A DNA stretch of 64,000 bases from Gammaproteobacteria bacterium (lineage in GTDB: Bacteria > Pseudomonadota > Gammaproteobacteria > JABABF01): assembly GCA_965237805.1 (NCBI GenBank), contig OZ250153.1:736001-800000 (forward strand), given 5' to 3'. Below are positions 32,969 through 41,599 of the stretch, piece after piece. The notes beneath the pieces are model-generated. The model saw only the letters and a program-made list of their open reading frames with translations. It did no database searches and was not told where the DNA came from. Position numbers and translations under genes: made by a program. How positions within the stretch are numbered: position 1 is the stretch's first letter; every line of letters starts with the position of its first letter.

Positions 32969-33841
32969 TTACCTAGCAGTTGACGGCATCTGTTTCCATG
33001 ACTCCGCAATGTCACTATGACTAAAGGTGGGGCTAAAAAACATACATTCCTGACCATATGATGAAGTATGCGCACTATAACGCAATCTGTATCTAAACCC
33101 TTTCACATTTTTATACAGCCGCGTTATTAGAGGAGCCACATTATAAGAAACAATCCAATTTAATGATGGATTTTTTTGCAGATATTTCGCTATATCTTCA
33201 TGATCTTTATCTGCATAGTAATTCATATAAAGTCGTCTGCCTGTCTGGTAATAAGGTGGGTCGCAATAAATCAAATGAGATGCCGGAAAATCTTTTGCAG
33301 CGTGTTGCAAAAAGAAAATTGCATCTTCATTTGATAAATAAATCCTATCTTTATATAGTGCAATTCTTTTGATTCTTCTAACTAATTCTTTTTTATTATA
33401 TCGCGCATCCATCTTCCATTTTCCTGACTGAGAAACCCCACCAATAGCTCCTCCAGAAACAATTCCAGATCGATTGACTCGATTCAAAAAAAACAAGGAA
33501 AATGCCTTATCCAACTTGGAGCATGTCACTTGATCAGATATCAAATCCTTGCAACTCCGCCATGTATCCATATTGACATGGGAGTCAATAATATTTCTAC
33601 ATAAATCTTCTGTATGCTCCATACAACAACTCCAAAAACTATAAACAGCAGAATCTTTATCATTAATGTACACATAATCCACGCACTCATTGATGAGAAG
33701 ATCTAAAGCCAACCCAGAGCCGCCAGCATATGGCTCAACATAGCAGCCACCAACTATATTCTTTCTTTCCAATATATGACGAAAAAATGGCGAGAGTCTA
33801 GATTTTCCTCCAGGGTACCGCAAGGGAGAAATTGCTGCCAT
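32969..33841 (-). CDS. DNA adenine methylase, Dam/D12 family
   Basis: SPLRYPGGKS, YVEPYAGGSG and DPPYY motifs. Confidence 0.92.
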   Translation of the reverse strand: MAAISPLRYPGGKSRLSPFFRHILERKNIVGGCYVEPYAGGSGLALDLLINECVDYVYINDKDSAVYSFWSCCMEHTEDLCRNIIDSHVNMDTWRSCKDLISDQVTCSKLDKAFSLFFLNRVNRSGIVSGGAIGGVSQSGKWKMDARYNKKELVRRIKRIALYKDRIYLSNEDAIFFLQHAAKDFPASHLIYCDPPYYQTGRRLYMNYYADKDHEDIAKYLQKNPSLNWIVSYNVAPLITRLYKNVKGFRYRLRYSAHTSSYGQECMFFSPTFSHSDIAESWKQMPSTAR

Positions 33842-33852
33842 GGACTAGATTC

Positions 33853-35286
33853 TCAATCACTCCGAGACGCATAGAATCGGCAAACACATTCCAAAAAGTT
33901 GTAATAATTAGCCCATAGTTCTCTCAAATTTCTTTCTGTGGGCATATATTTTATATCATGGACAAATATATGCAGCACATCCGGAGATAAGAGACTACTC
34001 TTATTGCCAACTTCTACACGCATCATACTTACAGAGTTTGCAAACACCTCATCTTTTGAAAGGTCAGAGCCTCCCATCGATTCTAGTAGGCCAAGAATAG
34101 CTTTTTTAAGCGTTAGTCTATTCTGTTGTTTCGCAGCCCCACTCTCTCTTTTACGCGAAAGATGAGACAAAACAACTGGATTTTTATCGTCCAGCACTAT
34201 AAGTTCCACTAAAACACGGACCAATATCGCAGCAGCATTCCTAGCTTTGTCTAATCGGATGTATTTCAACTCGTCAAAAATTTGATTAGCCCGGTCATTA
34301 GCAATGGACAGATCTGCATAGTTTTTCGCCAGAGGATCGCCCTCCCTAAGCGCCCTAGGTTCCTTGGGGGCCTGTGGCACCTTGAGTGATTCTATTTGAT
34401 TGTGTGTTTGTGATTGCAGGGTCTGCGATTGACATTCTTGTTGCAATGGTCTTGGATTTTCATTGATCGATTGATTGAAATCCAACATAACATTTTCTAT
34501 GTAACCTGCTATTACTTCGTTATTACGCGCATCATAAATTTTCTTTGACTGAGAGGGGCCCAGCGCAAAATCTTGCACCAATCTCTTTAAAATATACATC
34601 TTTTCTTTTGACATGTTTTTTAAAAAACAGTCTTCTTTCCCCAGCTTGTATTGGAAATGATTTTTTAACACTTTGGATTTTATAATTCTAGATATAGTTG
34701 TTGTTGCAAAACAATTTTCGTCAGCTATCCAGTGTTCGCGGATTGCCAGCTCATACAACTCTAATGAGTAGCCATATCGTCGCTTCTCGTTCTGGCCTCG
34801 TCTCCATTTCTCAGATGATAGTGGCCCCCATGGCCGCCGACCCACCCCATCCTTCTCTCCTTCATGTTGCAATGGCATCCAATCCCTAAAATCGGTGCTA
34901 TCCCCACCAATCATGCAAGGAATCATAGAAGGCAACTCTTTATTATATTTTTTGATTATACTCTTAATCTTTCTCTCGTCATTATGGCGAGTCGCCAACT
35001 TGGGGTTATGCAGTAACTTTAAAGATGCGACACGCCTATTCCCTTCACAAACTACGTACAGATTTTTTTTGGGGGTGGTACTATTTTCTGGTACAACCCA
35101 TAGCCGCTCATGGGTGATCCATCCACGCTCTGCGATGCTCTCTATCAATGGCATTAATTTCTCATTAATCATTCTGTTTATTAGGTCAAGTTGACGCGTA
35201 TATATTTTATCCAAAAGTCTAGGATTGTCTGAAGACAATTTTAGCGCTGTAATATTCAAATCATCTTCGCGAAAAGATTCAGTCAC
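33853..35286 (-). CDS. ParB/Srx-like N-terminal domain protein with helical C-terminal domain
   Basis: DNPR, SIAERG and VCEGNRRVASLKLL motifs; GTG start after GAGG (ORF open to 35340). Confidence 0.7.
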   Translation of the reverse strand: MTESFREDDLNITALKLSSDNPRLLDKIYTRQLDLINRMINEKLMPLIESIAERGWITHERLWVVPENSTTPKKNLYVVCEGNRRVASLKLLHNPKLATRHNDERKIKSIIKKYNKELPSMIPCMIGGDSTDFRDWMPLQHEGEKDGVGRRPWGPLSSEKWRRGQNEKRRYGYSLELYELAIREHWIADENCFATTTISRIIKSKVLKNHFQYKLGKEDCFLKNMSKEKMYILKRLVQDFALGPSQSKKIYDARNNEVIAGYIENVMLDFNQSINENPRPLQQECQSQTLQSQTHNQIESLKVPQAPKEPRALREGDPLAKNYADLSIANDRANQIFDELKYIRLDKARNAAAILVRVLVELIVLDDKNPVVLSHLSRKRESGAAKQQNRLTLKKAILGLLESMGGSDLSKDEVFANSVSMMRVEVGNKSSLLSPDVLHIFVHDIKYMPTERNLRELWANYYNFLECVCRFYASRSD

Positions 35287-35470
35287 AACTTTACCCTCAA
35301 AACTCACCACTAGTGTATGATAAATTTCAATGTGCGTCAAACTTGCGGATAGAATCTGAAATTAAGAGAAGAGCAAATATAATGTTTTCCACAGCACGAC
35401 ACCCTCAATATAGCATTTGCAATCCAAATTCTACTACATCAACTTAGCACCACCGCTCGGAAAAAACTTG

Positions 35471-36871
35471 TTACCCAACCGCCTCCCCCATCGCCCTAAT
35501 CCGCGCCACCTTATCCTCCAGCGGCCCCCAATCATCCGCCGCGTCAATACAGCTCCACAGCGCCTCCACCTCTTCGATCAGTAGGGTTTCCGGCCCCGCC
35601 CCCTCGAACCACTCCCCCTCCGGCCGCGCCCAATCGGCCGCAGCAATCTGCCGCAAGTCCGCCGACAGCTCGCCCAGCGCCCCCTTGCCATAGGCCGCAG
35701 CGCTGGGGCTGGCGGTGATGCGCCCCCGCGCCGCCGCCCCGCCGAAGTGGTCGAAGAAGAAGCGCTCAAAGGGCACCTCCCCCTCCTCCAAGGCCGGTAG
35801 CAGCCGCTGCGCCAGCCGCGCCGCCCTGCCCTCCTTTTCAGCGATGCCGAGGCGACGCGACAGCTGGCGCTCCATGCCCGCAACCAGTGCTGGCTCGAAG
35901 GCATTCGCCGCCTCGCGTAAATCCTCCACCGAGGCCACCCGCCCGAAGCACTCGGCCAGCCGACAGACATTCCACAGCACCGCCTCGGGCTGGCGACCGT
36001 AGCAATACAGCCCGCCGTGGTCGAAATAGGCGGCGGTGAAGTTCATGTCCACCTGGGGCAGGAAACGCCACGGCCCGTAGTCGAAGCTCTCGCCAGTGAT
36101 GTTGATGTTGTCGGAGTTCAGCACCCCGTGTACGAAGCCAGCCGCCATCCACGCCGCCGTCGTCGCCGCCGTGCGCCGCGCCACCGCCGCCACCATGGCG
36201 GGGGCGAGGCGATCCAACGCTGCCTCGGCAGCTAAGTCCTGCAAATAGTGGCGGGCACTGTGGCGCAGCAAGCTCTCCAGCGCCTCGTCGCGACCGAGGT
36301 GCGCCAGCCGCTGAAAGCTGCCGATGCGGATGTGCGAATGCGAGAGCCGCACCAGCACGGCAGCGCGGGTCGGTGAGGGCTCATCGTTGCGCCGCAGCGC
36401 CTCGCCGGTCTCGATCAGCGAGAAAGTCTTGGCACTGTCGACCCCCAGCGCTTCGAGCATCTCGGTGGCCAGCAGCTCGCGCATCGCCCCCTTCAGGGTC
36501 AGCCGCCCGTCGCCATCGCGCGACCACGGCGTGGTGCCGCTGCCCTTGGTGCCAAAATCGCGCAGGCAACCGTCCACCAGATCCTCTGCTTGGGCGAAGA
36601 GAAAGCCGCGACCATCCCCCAAATCCGGGTTGTAATGGCGAAACTGATGGCCGTGGTAACGCAGCGCCAGCGGGCGCTCCAAGCTGCCCGGCAGCGGAGC
36701 AAAGCGGCCAAAATGATCGATCCAAGCCGCCTCGTCCAATTCCCCCAGCCCCATGCGCGCAGCCCAGCGCTGATTGCAAAAGCGCAGCTTGTGCTCGGGG
36801 AATTGCGCGGCGGCCACCGGATCAAAGAACTCGTCCCCCAAGTCCAAGTGAGTGGTGCGACCAGCGAACAT
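35471..36871 (-). CDS. selO: Protein adenylyltransferase SelO (YdiU family)
   Basis: YHGHQF, LGDGRG, KGSGTTPWSR.GDGR and HGVLNSDN...DYGP motifs. Confidence 0.93.
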   Translation of the reverse strand: MFAGRTTHLDLGDEFFDPVAAAQFPEHKLRFCNQRWAARMGLGELDEAAWIDHFGRFAPLPGSLERPLALRYHGHQFRHYNPDLGDGRGFLFAQAEDLVDGCLRDFGTKGSGTTPWSRDGDGRLTLKGAMRELLATEMLEALGVDSAKTFSLIETGEALRRNDEPSPTRAAVLVRLSHSHIRIGSFQRLAHLGRDEALESLLRHSARHYLQDLAAEAALDRLAPAMVAAVARRTAATTAAWMAAGFVHGVLNSDNINITGESFDYGPWRFLPQVDMNFTAAYFDHGGLYCYGRQPEAVLWNVCRLAECFGRVASVEDLREAANAFEPALVAGMERQLSRRLGIAEKEGRAARLAQRLLPALEEGEVPFERFFFDHFGGAAARGRITASPSAAAYGKGALGELSADLRQIAAADWARPEGEWFEGAGPETLLIEEVEALWSCIDAADDWGPLEDKVARIRAMGEAVG

Positions 36872-36988
36872 CGGGATCTCAATGGACAACGGCAATGGAC
36901 AACGGCGCGGCGGGCGGCCTCTGCGCCCAAGCCACGACCGCACCATAGCACACTGCCCGAGGGCACAGCCGCCCCGGCGGCACCCGCC

Positions 36989-38905
36989 CTAGCGACCCGT
37001 CAGCGGCTGGCGGTAGCGCAGCCGGAGAAAGGCTCCGAGCGGCTGCCCTTGGTAGCCCTCGGCTGGCTCCCAATCGCGATTCAGCGCGTTCTCCAGCGCC
37101 AGCTCCACGCGCAGCGTCGACGACAGCCGCCGCGATGCGCGCAAGTGCCACAGCGTGTGGCCAGCTAATTGCCGACTGAAATCTCGGCGCGGGCCATTGC
37201 AGGCCACCCCGCCGCCAAAGGACCACGGCCCCAGTGCGCGATCTAAATCCACCGACAAGCGATAGCGGGCGCGGCGCAGCAGATCGCGCCCGCTATCCAA
37301 GTCGCGCGGGCGCAGCAGCGTCGCCGCCACGCCCCACTGCCAGCGGGCCGCAACACCGTGCGCCTCCAGCTCCAAGCCGTCGATCTGCGCGCGGGCGATG
37401 TTCTCCGGGCGGTTGCTGGCGGGATTGAAGCTGATCAGCTGGCCGGTGCGCTGGTGGAAAGCCGCCAGCGCCCAGTCGATGCCACCGTGCGCGCCACTGA
37501 GCCGCAGCTCCAGCGAGCGCGATGTCTCGGGGCGCAGTGTGGGATTGCTGAAGCCGGGAAAATACAGGTCGTTGAAGCTCGGTGCTGTGAAGGCCTGCCC
37601 CCAAGACAGCCCCGCCGCGATGCCACGCGGCAGCTGCCACACGGCATCGGCACTGAAAGTCTGCCGCTCGCCGTACTGCCCATCGTCGTCGTGACGCAGC
37701 GCCAGCGCCAGCCCCAGCGGTCCCCAATCCCCTTGGTAGTGGAGGAAGATGCCATCGCTCCGGCGGCTGGCGGCGTAGCTGCCGCTGAGCGACTCCCAGT
37801 GGTGATCTCCGCCCAGCGCCAAGCGCCCGCCGCGCTCGCCGAGGCGCAGCTCCTGCCACCAAGCCAGCGAGCGGCGACGGCTGTCGTAGCGTCCTGGATA
37901 GGGGCCAAAAGACTCGCGCCAGTCGCGGGAATGGCCCGCATCCAGATGCCATGACCAAGCCTCTCGCGGTGACCAATCCCAAGCCAGCACCGTGTGCGCA
38001 AGGCGCAGCAGCTCGTGGCTGCCCGCGCTGGCCGATGGCAGCACGAAGGGCGGGAACGGCAGCACATCGTTCTCCAGCTCAGCGCGTCCGCTGATGTGCT
38101 GCAGCTGCCAGCGCCCCAGCCGCTCGTCGTCGTAGCCAGCGGCGAGGCGCAGCGAGCTGTGGCGGGCGGCATCGCGGTCGGGATGGCCATCGGCGAGCAA
38201 ATGGTCGATGCCCTGGCTGTCGGCGTGGCGCAGCGAGGCACTGAACCAAGCGCCGCTGTCCGTCCAGTCGATCGATGCCCCCGCCTCGGCGCGGTGATGG
38301 CTGCCGACACCGAGTTCGACGCCCAGCCCGGCGCGGCGACCACGGCGGCTGAAGATCTGCACCACGCCACCCAGCGCTTGGGAGCCGTAGAGCGCCGAGC
38401 GCGGCCCGCGCACCACTTCGATGCGCTCGATGTCAGCTAGTGGCAAGGCCTCCAACGAGGCCAGCCCACTGGCGGCGCTGTCGATGCGCACACCGTCCAC
38501 CAGCACCAGCACATGGTTGGATTCCGAGCCGCGCAGAAACAGGCTGACAAGGCTGCCGCGACCGCCGTTACGCGACAGCTGCACCCCCGGCAGGCGGCCC
38601 AGCAGCGCGAAGAGGTCGAGCGCCTGCAGGCGCTCGATGTCGGCGCGCTCGAGTACGCTGAAGGCGGCCAGCGTCTGCCCCGGCGGGCGCGGCAAGCGCC
38701 GTGCGCTGATGATCAACTCCTCCAGCGGCGCAGCCGCTTGAGGCATCGCGACGGCTTGAGCCCCCGCTGGCGGCACGGCAAGTGTGGGCACGGCTGCACA
38801 GAGCAGCAGAGCCAGCGCGGCACCACCATGCACAGTGGCGTGGCAAAGGCCACACCAGCGGCCGTATGGAGTGGGCGGGAATCGCCCCGGTGTGATGGAG
38901 TGCAT
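36989..38905 (-). CDS. btuB: TonB-dependent cobalamin receptor (BtuB-like)
   Basis: IISARR TonB box, LRGSESNHVLVLVDG, RIEVVRGPRSALYGS; riboswitch upstream; ATG 38905 after GGGAGG. Confidence 0.85.
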   Translation of the reverse strand: MHSITPGRFPPTPYGRWCGLCHATVHGGAALALLLCAAVPTLAVPPAGAQAVAMPQAAAPLEELIISARRLPRPPGQTLAAFSVLERADIERLQALDLFALLGRLPGVQLSRNGGRGSLVSLFLRGSESNHVLVLVDGVRIDSAASGLASLEALPLADIERIEVVRGPRSALYGSQALGGVVQIFSRRGRRAGLGVELGVGSHHRAEAGASIDWTDSGAWFSASLRHADSQGIDHLLADGHPDRDAARHSSLRLAAGYDDERLGRWQLQHISGRAELENDVLPFPPFVLPSASAGSHELLRLAHTVLAWDWSPREAWSWHLDAGHSRDWRESFGPYPGRYDSRRRSLAWWQELRLGERGGRLALGGDHHWESLSGSYAASRRSDGIFLHYQGDWGPLGLALALRHDDDGQYGERQTFSADAVWQLPRGIAAGLSWGQAFTAPSFNDLYFPGFSNPTLRPETSRSLELRLSGAHGGIDWALAAFHQRTGQLISFNPASNRPENIARAQIDGLELEAHGVAARWQWGVAATLLRPRDLDSGRDLLRRARYRLSVDLDRALGPWSFGGGVACNGPRRDFSRQLAGHTLWHLRASRRLSSTLRVELALENALNRDWEPAEGYQGQPLGAFLRLRYRQPLTGR

Positions 38906-39034
38906 CGCCCATCCTCCCGAGTGGCGCGGCCTCGAAGCGGCAGCGCAAGGGAGGGGGAGTGGCACCCGCAGCGCGACAGCGCAGGCGGCGACCACAGACC
39001 ACAGCCCACCGCTGCATCGCATGGTGTGGCTGGA

Positions 39035-39160
39035 GCCGGTGTCGGGCTCGCCGCCGATGGCGGCTGACCGTTGCGAGGGCAGCGCCGGACTGGCACCTGG
39101 CGGTGCTTCACCGGACTTCCCGTGCACCCGCGTCGCACTCGATGGCCGACGGCGGGTTAC
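39035..39160 (-). promoter_or_regulatory. Cobalamin riboswitch
   Basis: GGGAAGtccGGTGAA...TCCGGCGCTGCCCtCGCAACGGT...GAGCCCGACACC core; TATAAT at 39175-39180; upstream of btuB. Confidence 0.85.
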
Positions 39161-39191
39161 CCACAGCAAGGCGGATTATAGCCCTGCGCTC

Positions 39192-39749
39192 TCAGCCCGC
39201 TGCGATGACTCCGGCGGGGGAGCCCAAGCGCCAGCGCATCACCAAGGGCCGCCACGCCGCCAGCTTCTGCTCAAAGCCCATGGCCGCATGCGCCGGGCTG
39301 GTGGAGGGCAGCTGCACCAGCTCCAAGCTGGCCCGCCGCTCTGCTGGCAGCACTGGCAGGATGTGGCGGCGAAAGGCCTGCGCAGCCTTGCCGCCATTGA
39401 GGCCGATGGCGGCGATGCCAGGCTCGGTGGCGAGCAGGGCGGGGATGTCGTTGGGCCGCTCGCTGCCGCGCACGATGGCGCTGTCCAAGCTGCCGCGGCG
39501 CTCGCAGCTGGCCAGCACATCCCACAGCGCGATACCGGCGCGGCGCACCATGGCGAGGCGACGGTGATAGGGGCAGTCGGCCTCAGCCCCCAGCAGCTGC
39601 GCCAAGATGGGCCAGAAGGCGTTGCGCGGGTGGGCGTAGTAGCGGGCATGGGCCAGCGAAACAGCACCCGGCATCGAGCCCAAGAGCAGCAGCCGGGGGC
39701 GTGGGCGGCGGCCCAGTACCGGCGGCAAGCCTTGGTGGCCCTGCGCCAT
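39192..39749 (-). CDS. DNA-deoxyinosine glycosylase (UDG superfamily)
   Basis: LGSMPG..SL, YYAHPRNAFW, GSLDSAI and LPSTSPA motifs. Confidence 0.88.
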   Translation of the reverse strand: MAQGHQGLPPVLGRRPRPRLLLLGSMPGAVSLAHARYYAHPRNAFWPILAQLLGAEADCPYHRRLAMVRRAGIALWDVLASCERRGSLDSAIVRGSERPNDIPALLATEPGIAAIGLNGGKAAQAFRRHILPVLPAERRASLELVQLPSTSPAHAAMGFEQKLAAWRPLVMRWRLGSPAGVIAAG

Positions 39750-39758
39750 CGCCCGCTG

Positions 39759-40862
39759 TCAGCGCGTGGTGGGACGCGCTGCGGCCGCCAGCAGCCGAGC
39801 TGCGTTGTCGCCGCTCAGCTGCCACGACAGACAGCGCACGCTGCCACCCATGAAGCAAACATCACGGGCGTCGACCGGGATGATTGTGCGCGCCGTGTGT
39901 GCCCGCAGGCGGCGTAGCACCGCATCGTCGCGCGGCCGCCCGAAATGCGGCAGGTAGAGGTTGCGCGCGGTCACCGTGGCGTTGACGCTGATGCCACAGG
40001 CGGAGCTGTAGCGCGCATCCCATGCGCCCGTCTCGAAGTCGGCAGCTAGCTCGATCAGTCTCAGCGCACCGAAAGCGCGCCGCAGCTCGTCGCCGATGGC
40101 CGAGCGCAGCGGCTCATCGTAGCGGTTGACGGCGATCACATCCTCGGCGATGAACATCAGCATGCCGTCGGCGTGAGCCAGCCCATCGGGATCGTCGCTG
40201 GGGATGATGGCGGCGGCCTCAATCCCCGGCAGGGCGTGTAGCGCGCGCAGCCCCGCCGCCTTGTCCAGCTGGTTGTCGCGCAGGAATTTCTCGCTGAGCA
40301 CCACCCGCCCGCCGCCGCTGTCGACGAAGTTGCCACCGTCCAGAATCAGGCCGCCAGCATCGTGCCAGCGCAGCCCCAGCGGGGCGATCAGGGAGCGCAG
40401 GCCGCGCTGCACCCGGTCGGCACGGCGCTGACTGCCACTCTGCGCCGCCGCGCTGTAGCGGAAGCTGAGCGGATGGCTGGCCAGCACCGGCGAGAAGTCG
40501 CGCATCCAGATGTCGCCGAGCTCTGCCTCCAGCAGCGCCGAGGGCGGCAGCTGGTCGGCGAAGTGAGGGCGCGTGGCCCGGTCGACCAGCACCAGTACCC
40601 GGTCGCCAGCGGCGATGATCTGCCGTGCGTAGCGCAGCTGGAAGGCGATCACCCGCTCGCGCACATCGGCGTAGTAGTCGACAGCCACCGGCGGTGCGGC
40701 CAAAACAATCAGCATGGCTGGCCCCGGTGCGGACAGCGAGACAGCTCCTGCAGTGCCCAGCGCATCGGTGCCCAGCGCATCGTCGCTGTCCGTCGATGCC
40801 GCGCAGGCCGCCAACAGACAGAGTGCGATACCCGGTGCCACGAGGCGCGTCATGGATGGCAT
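39759..40862 (-). CDS. Agmatine/peptidylarginine deiminase family lipoprotein
   Basis: WMRDF, LDGGN, HADG and GGSVRC motifs; lipobox LAAC. Confidence 0.85.
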   Translation of the reverse strand: MPSMTRLVAPGIALCLLAACAASTDSDDALGTDALGTAGAVSLSAPGPAMLIVLAAPPVAVDYYADVRERVIAFQLRYARQIIAAGDRVLVLVDRATRPHFADQLPPSALLEAELGDIWMRDFSPVLASHPLSFRYSAAAQSGSQRRADRVQRGLRSLIAPLGLRWHDAGGLILDGGNFVDSGGGRVVLSEKFLRDNQLDKAAGLRALHALPGIEAAAIIPSDDPDGLAHADGMLMFIAEDVIAVNRYDEPLRSAIGDELRRAFGALRLIELAADFETGAWDARYSSACGISVNATVTARNLYLPHFGRPRDDAVLRRLRAHTARTIIPVDARDVCFMGGSVRCLSWQLSGDNAARLLAAAARPTTR

Positions 40863-40951
40863 GGCAGCGATTGTCGGCCTCCGCGATGGCAGGCATTATC
40901 GGCGATGCGACCGCCAGCTGAGGCCGTGCTATGATTTGCCTTGTGATCAAA

Positions 40952-41557
40952 ATGATGTCCGACACCCCCCTGCTCTCCCCCCGCCACGCACTAGCCACCT
41001 TCGCAGCGCTGGCCGCCGTGTTGGTGCTGACACGCACACCGGAGCTGTGGCCCGCCGCCCTGCCGGAAGCCTCGTGGGCGATCTTCTTCCTCGGCGGCCT
41101 CTATCTGGCACGCGGGGACATCGGCCCCCTGCGTCCGCTGTCGGGCCTCATCCTGTTGCTGGGCCTCGCCGTGCTGAGCGACTGGCTCGCCATCGGCGCA
41201 CTCGGTGCCAACGCCGCCTGCTTCACACCGGGCTATGTCTTCCTGATGCCAGCCTATGCCGCGCTGTGGGCCGCCGGTGCTTGGGCCTCGCGCCCGGGGC
41301 TCCAGCCACAGGCCGACACGGCGCTGCGCTTGCTCGTCGCCATGGCCGCCAGCTCCGCCGCCGCCTTCCTGATTGCCAACCTCGGCTTCTACTGGCTCGG
41401 CGGCAACCCAGCCGGGCTGTCGGCGGGTCAATTCGCCGCCCGCGTCGCTGGCCACTATCCGGGCTACCTCGCCAGCACCGCCCTGTGGAGCATCGCCGCG
41501 CTGGGACTACACGCCATGCTGGCCCGCTGGCAGCGCCCAGCCATCGCCGCCAGCTGA
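40952..41557 (+). CDS. BtuM-like cobalamin membrane transporter
   Basis: LTR...LPEASWAIFFLGG and CFTPGY motifs; about 6 TM; near btuB. Confidence 0.7.
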   Translation: MMSDTPLLSPRHALATFAALAAVLVLTRTPELWPAALPEASWAIFFLGGLYLARGDIGPLRPLSGLILLLGLAVLSDWLAIGALGANAACFTPGYVFLMPAYAALWAAGAWASRPGLQPQADTALRLLVAMAASSAAAFLIANLGFYWLGGNPAGLSAGQFAARVAGHYPGYLASTALWSIAALGLHAMLARWQRPAIAAS

Positions 41558-41599
41558 GCACCGCCAGCTCTCCATCCCTGCAATCACATAAGACAGACC

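Larger units (their letters stand above)
30780..35460. mobile_element. AT-rich tRNA-associated genomic islet without integrase
   Basis: Abrupt compositional shift after tRNA-Thr; methyltransferase/nuclease-type cargo; no att repeat seen. Confidence 0.6.

Noticed and set aside
35340-35470. attR or direct repeat of the tRNA-Thr 3' end
   Set aside because: No copy of ttcgactccctcttccggca seen, and no integrase
35471-35500. Selenocysteine recoding in selO
   Set aside because: Stop is TAA, with no in-frame TGA or Cys tail
38906-39169. N-terminal 88 aa of the btuB ORF
   Set aside because: Coincides with the riboswitch leader and is probably untranslated
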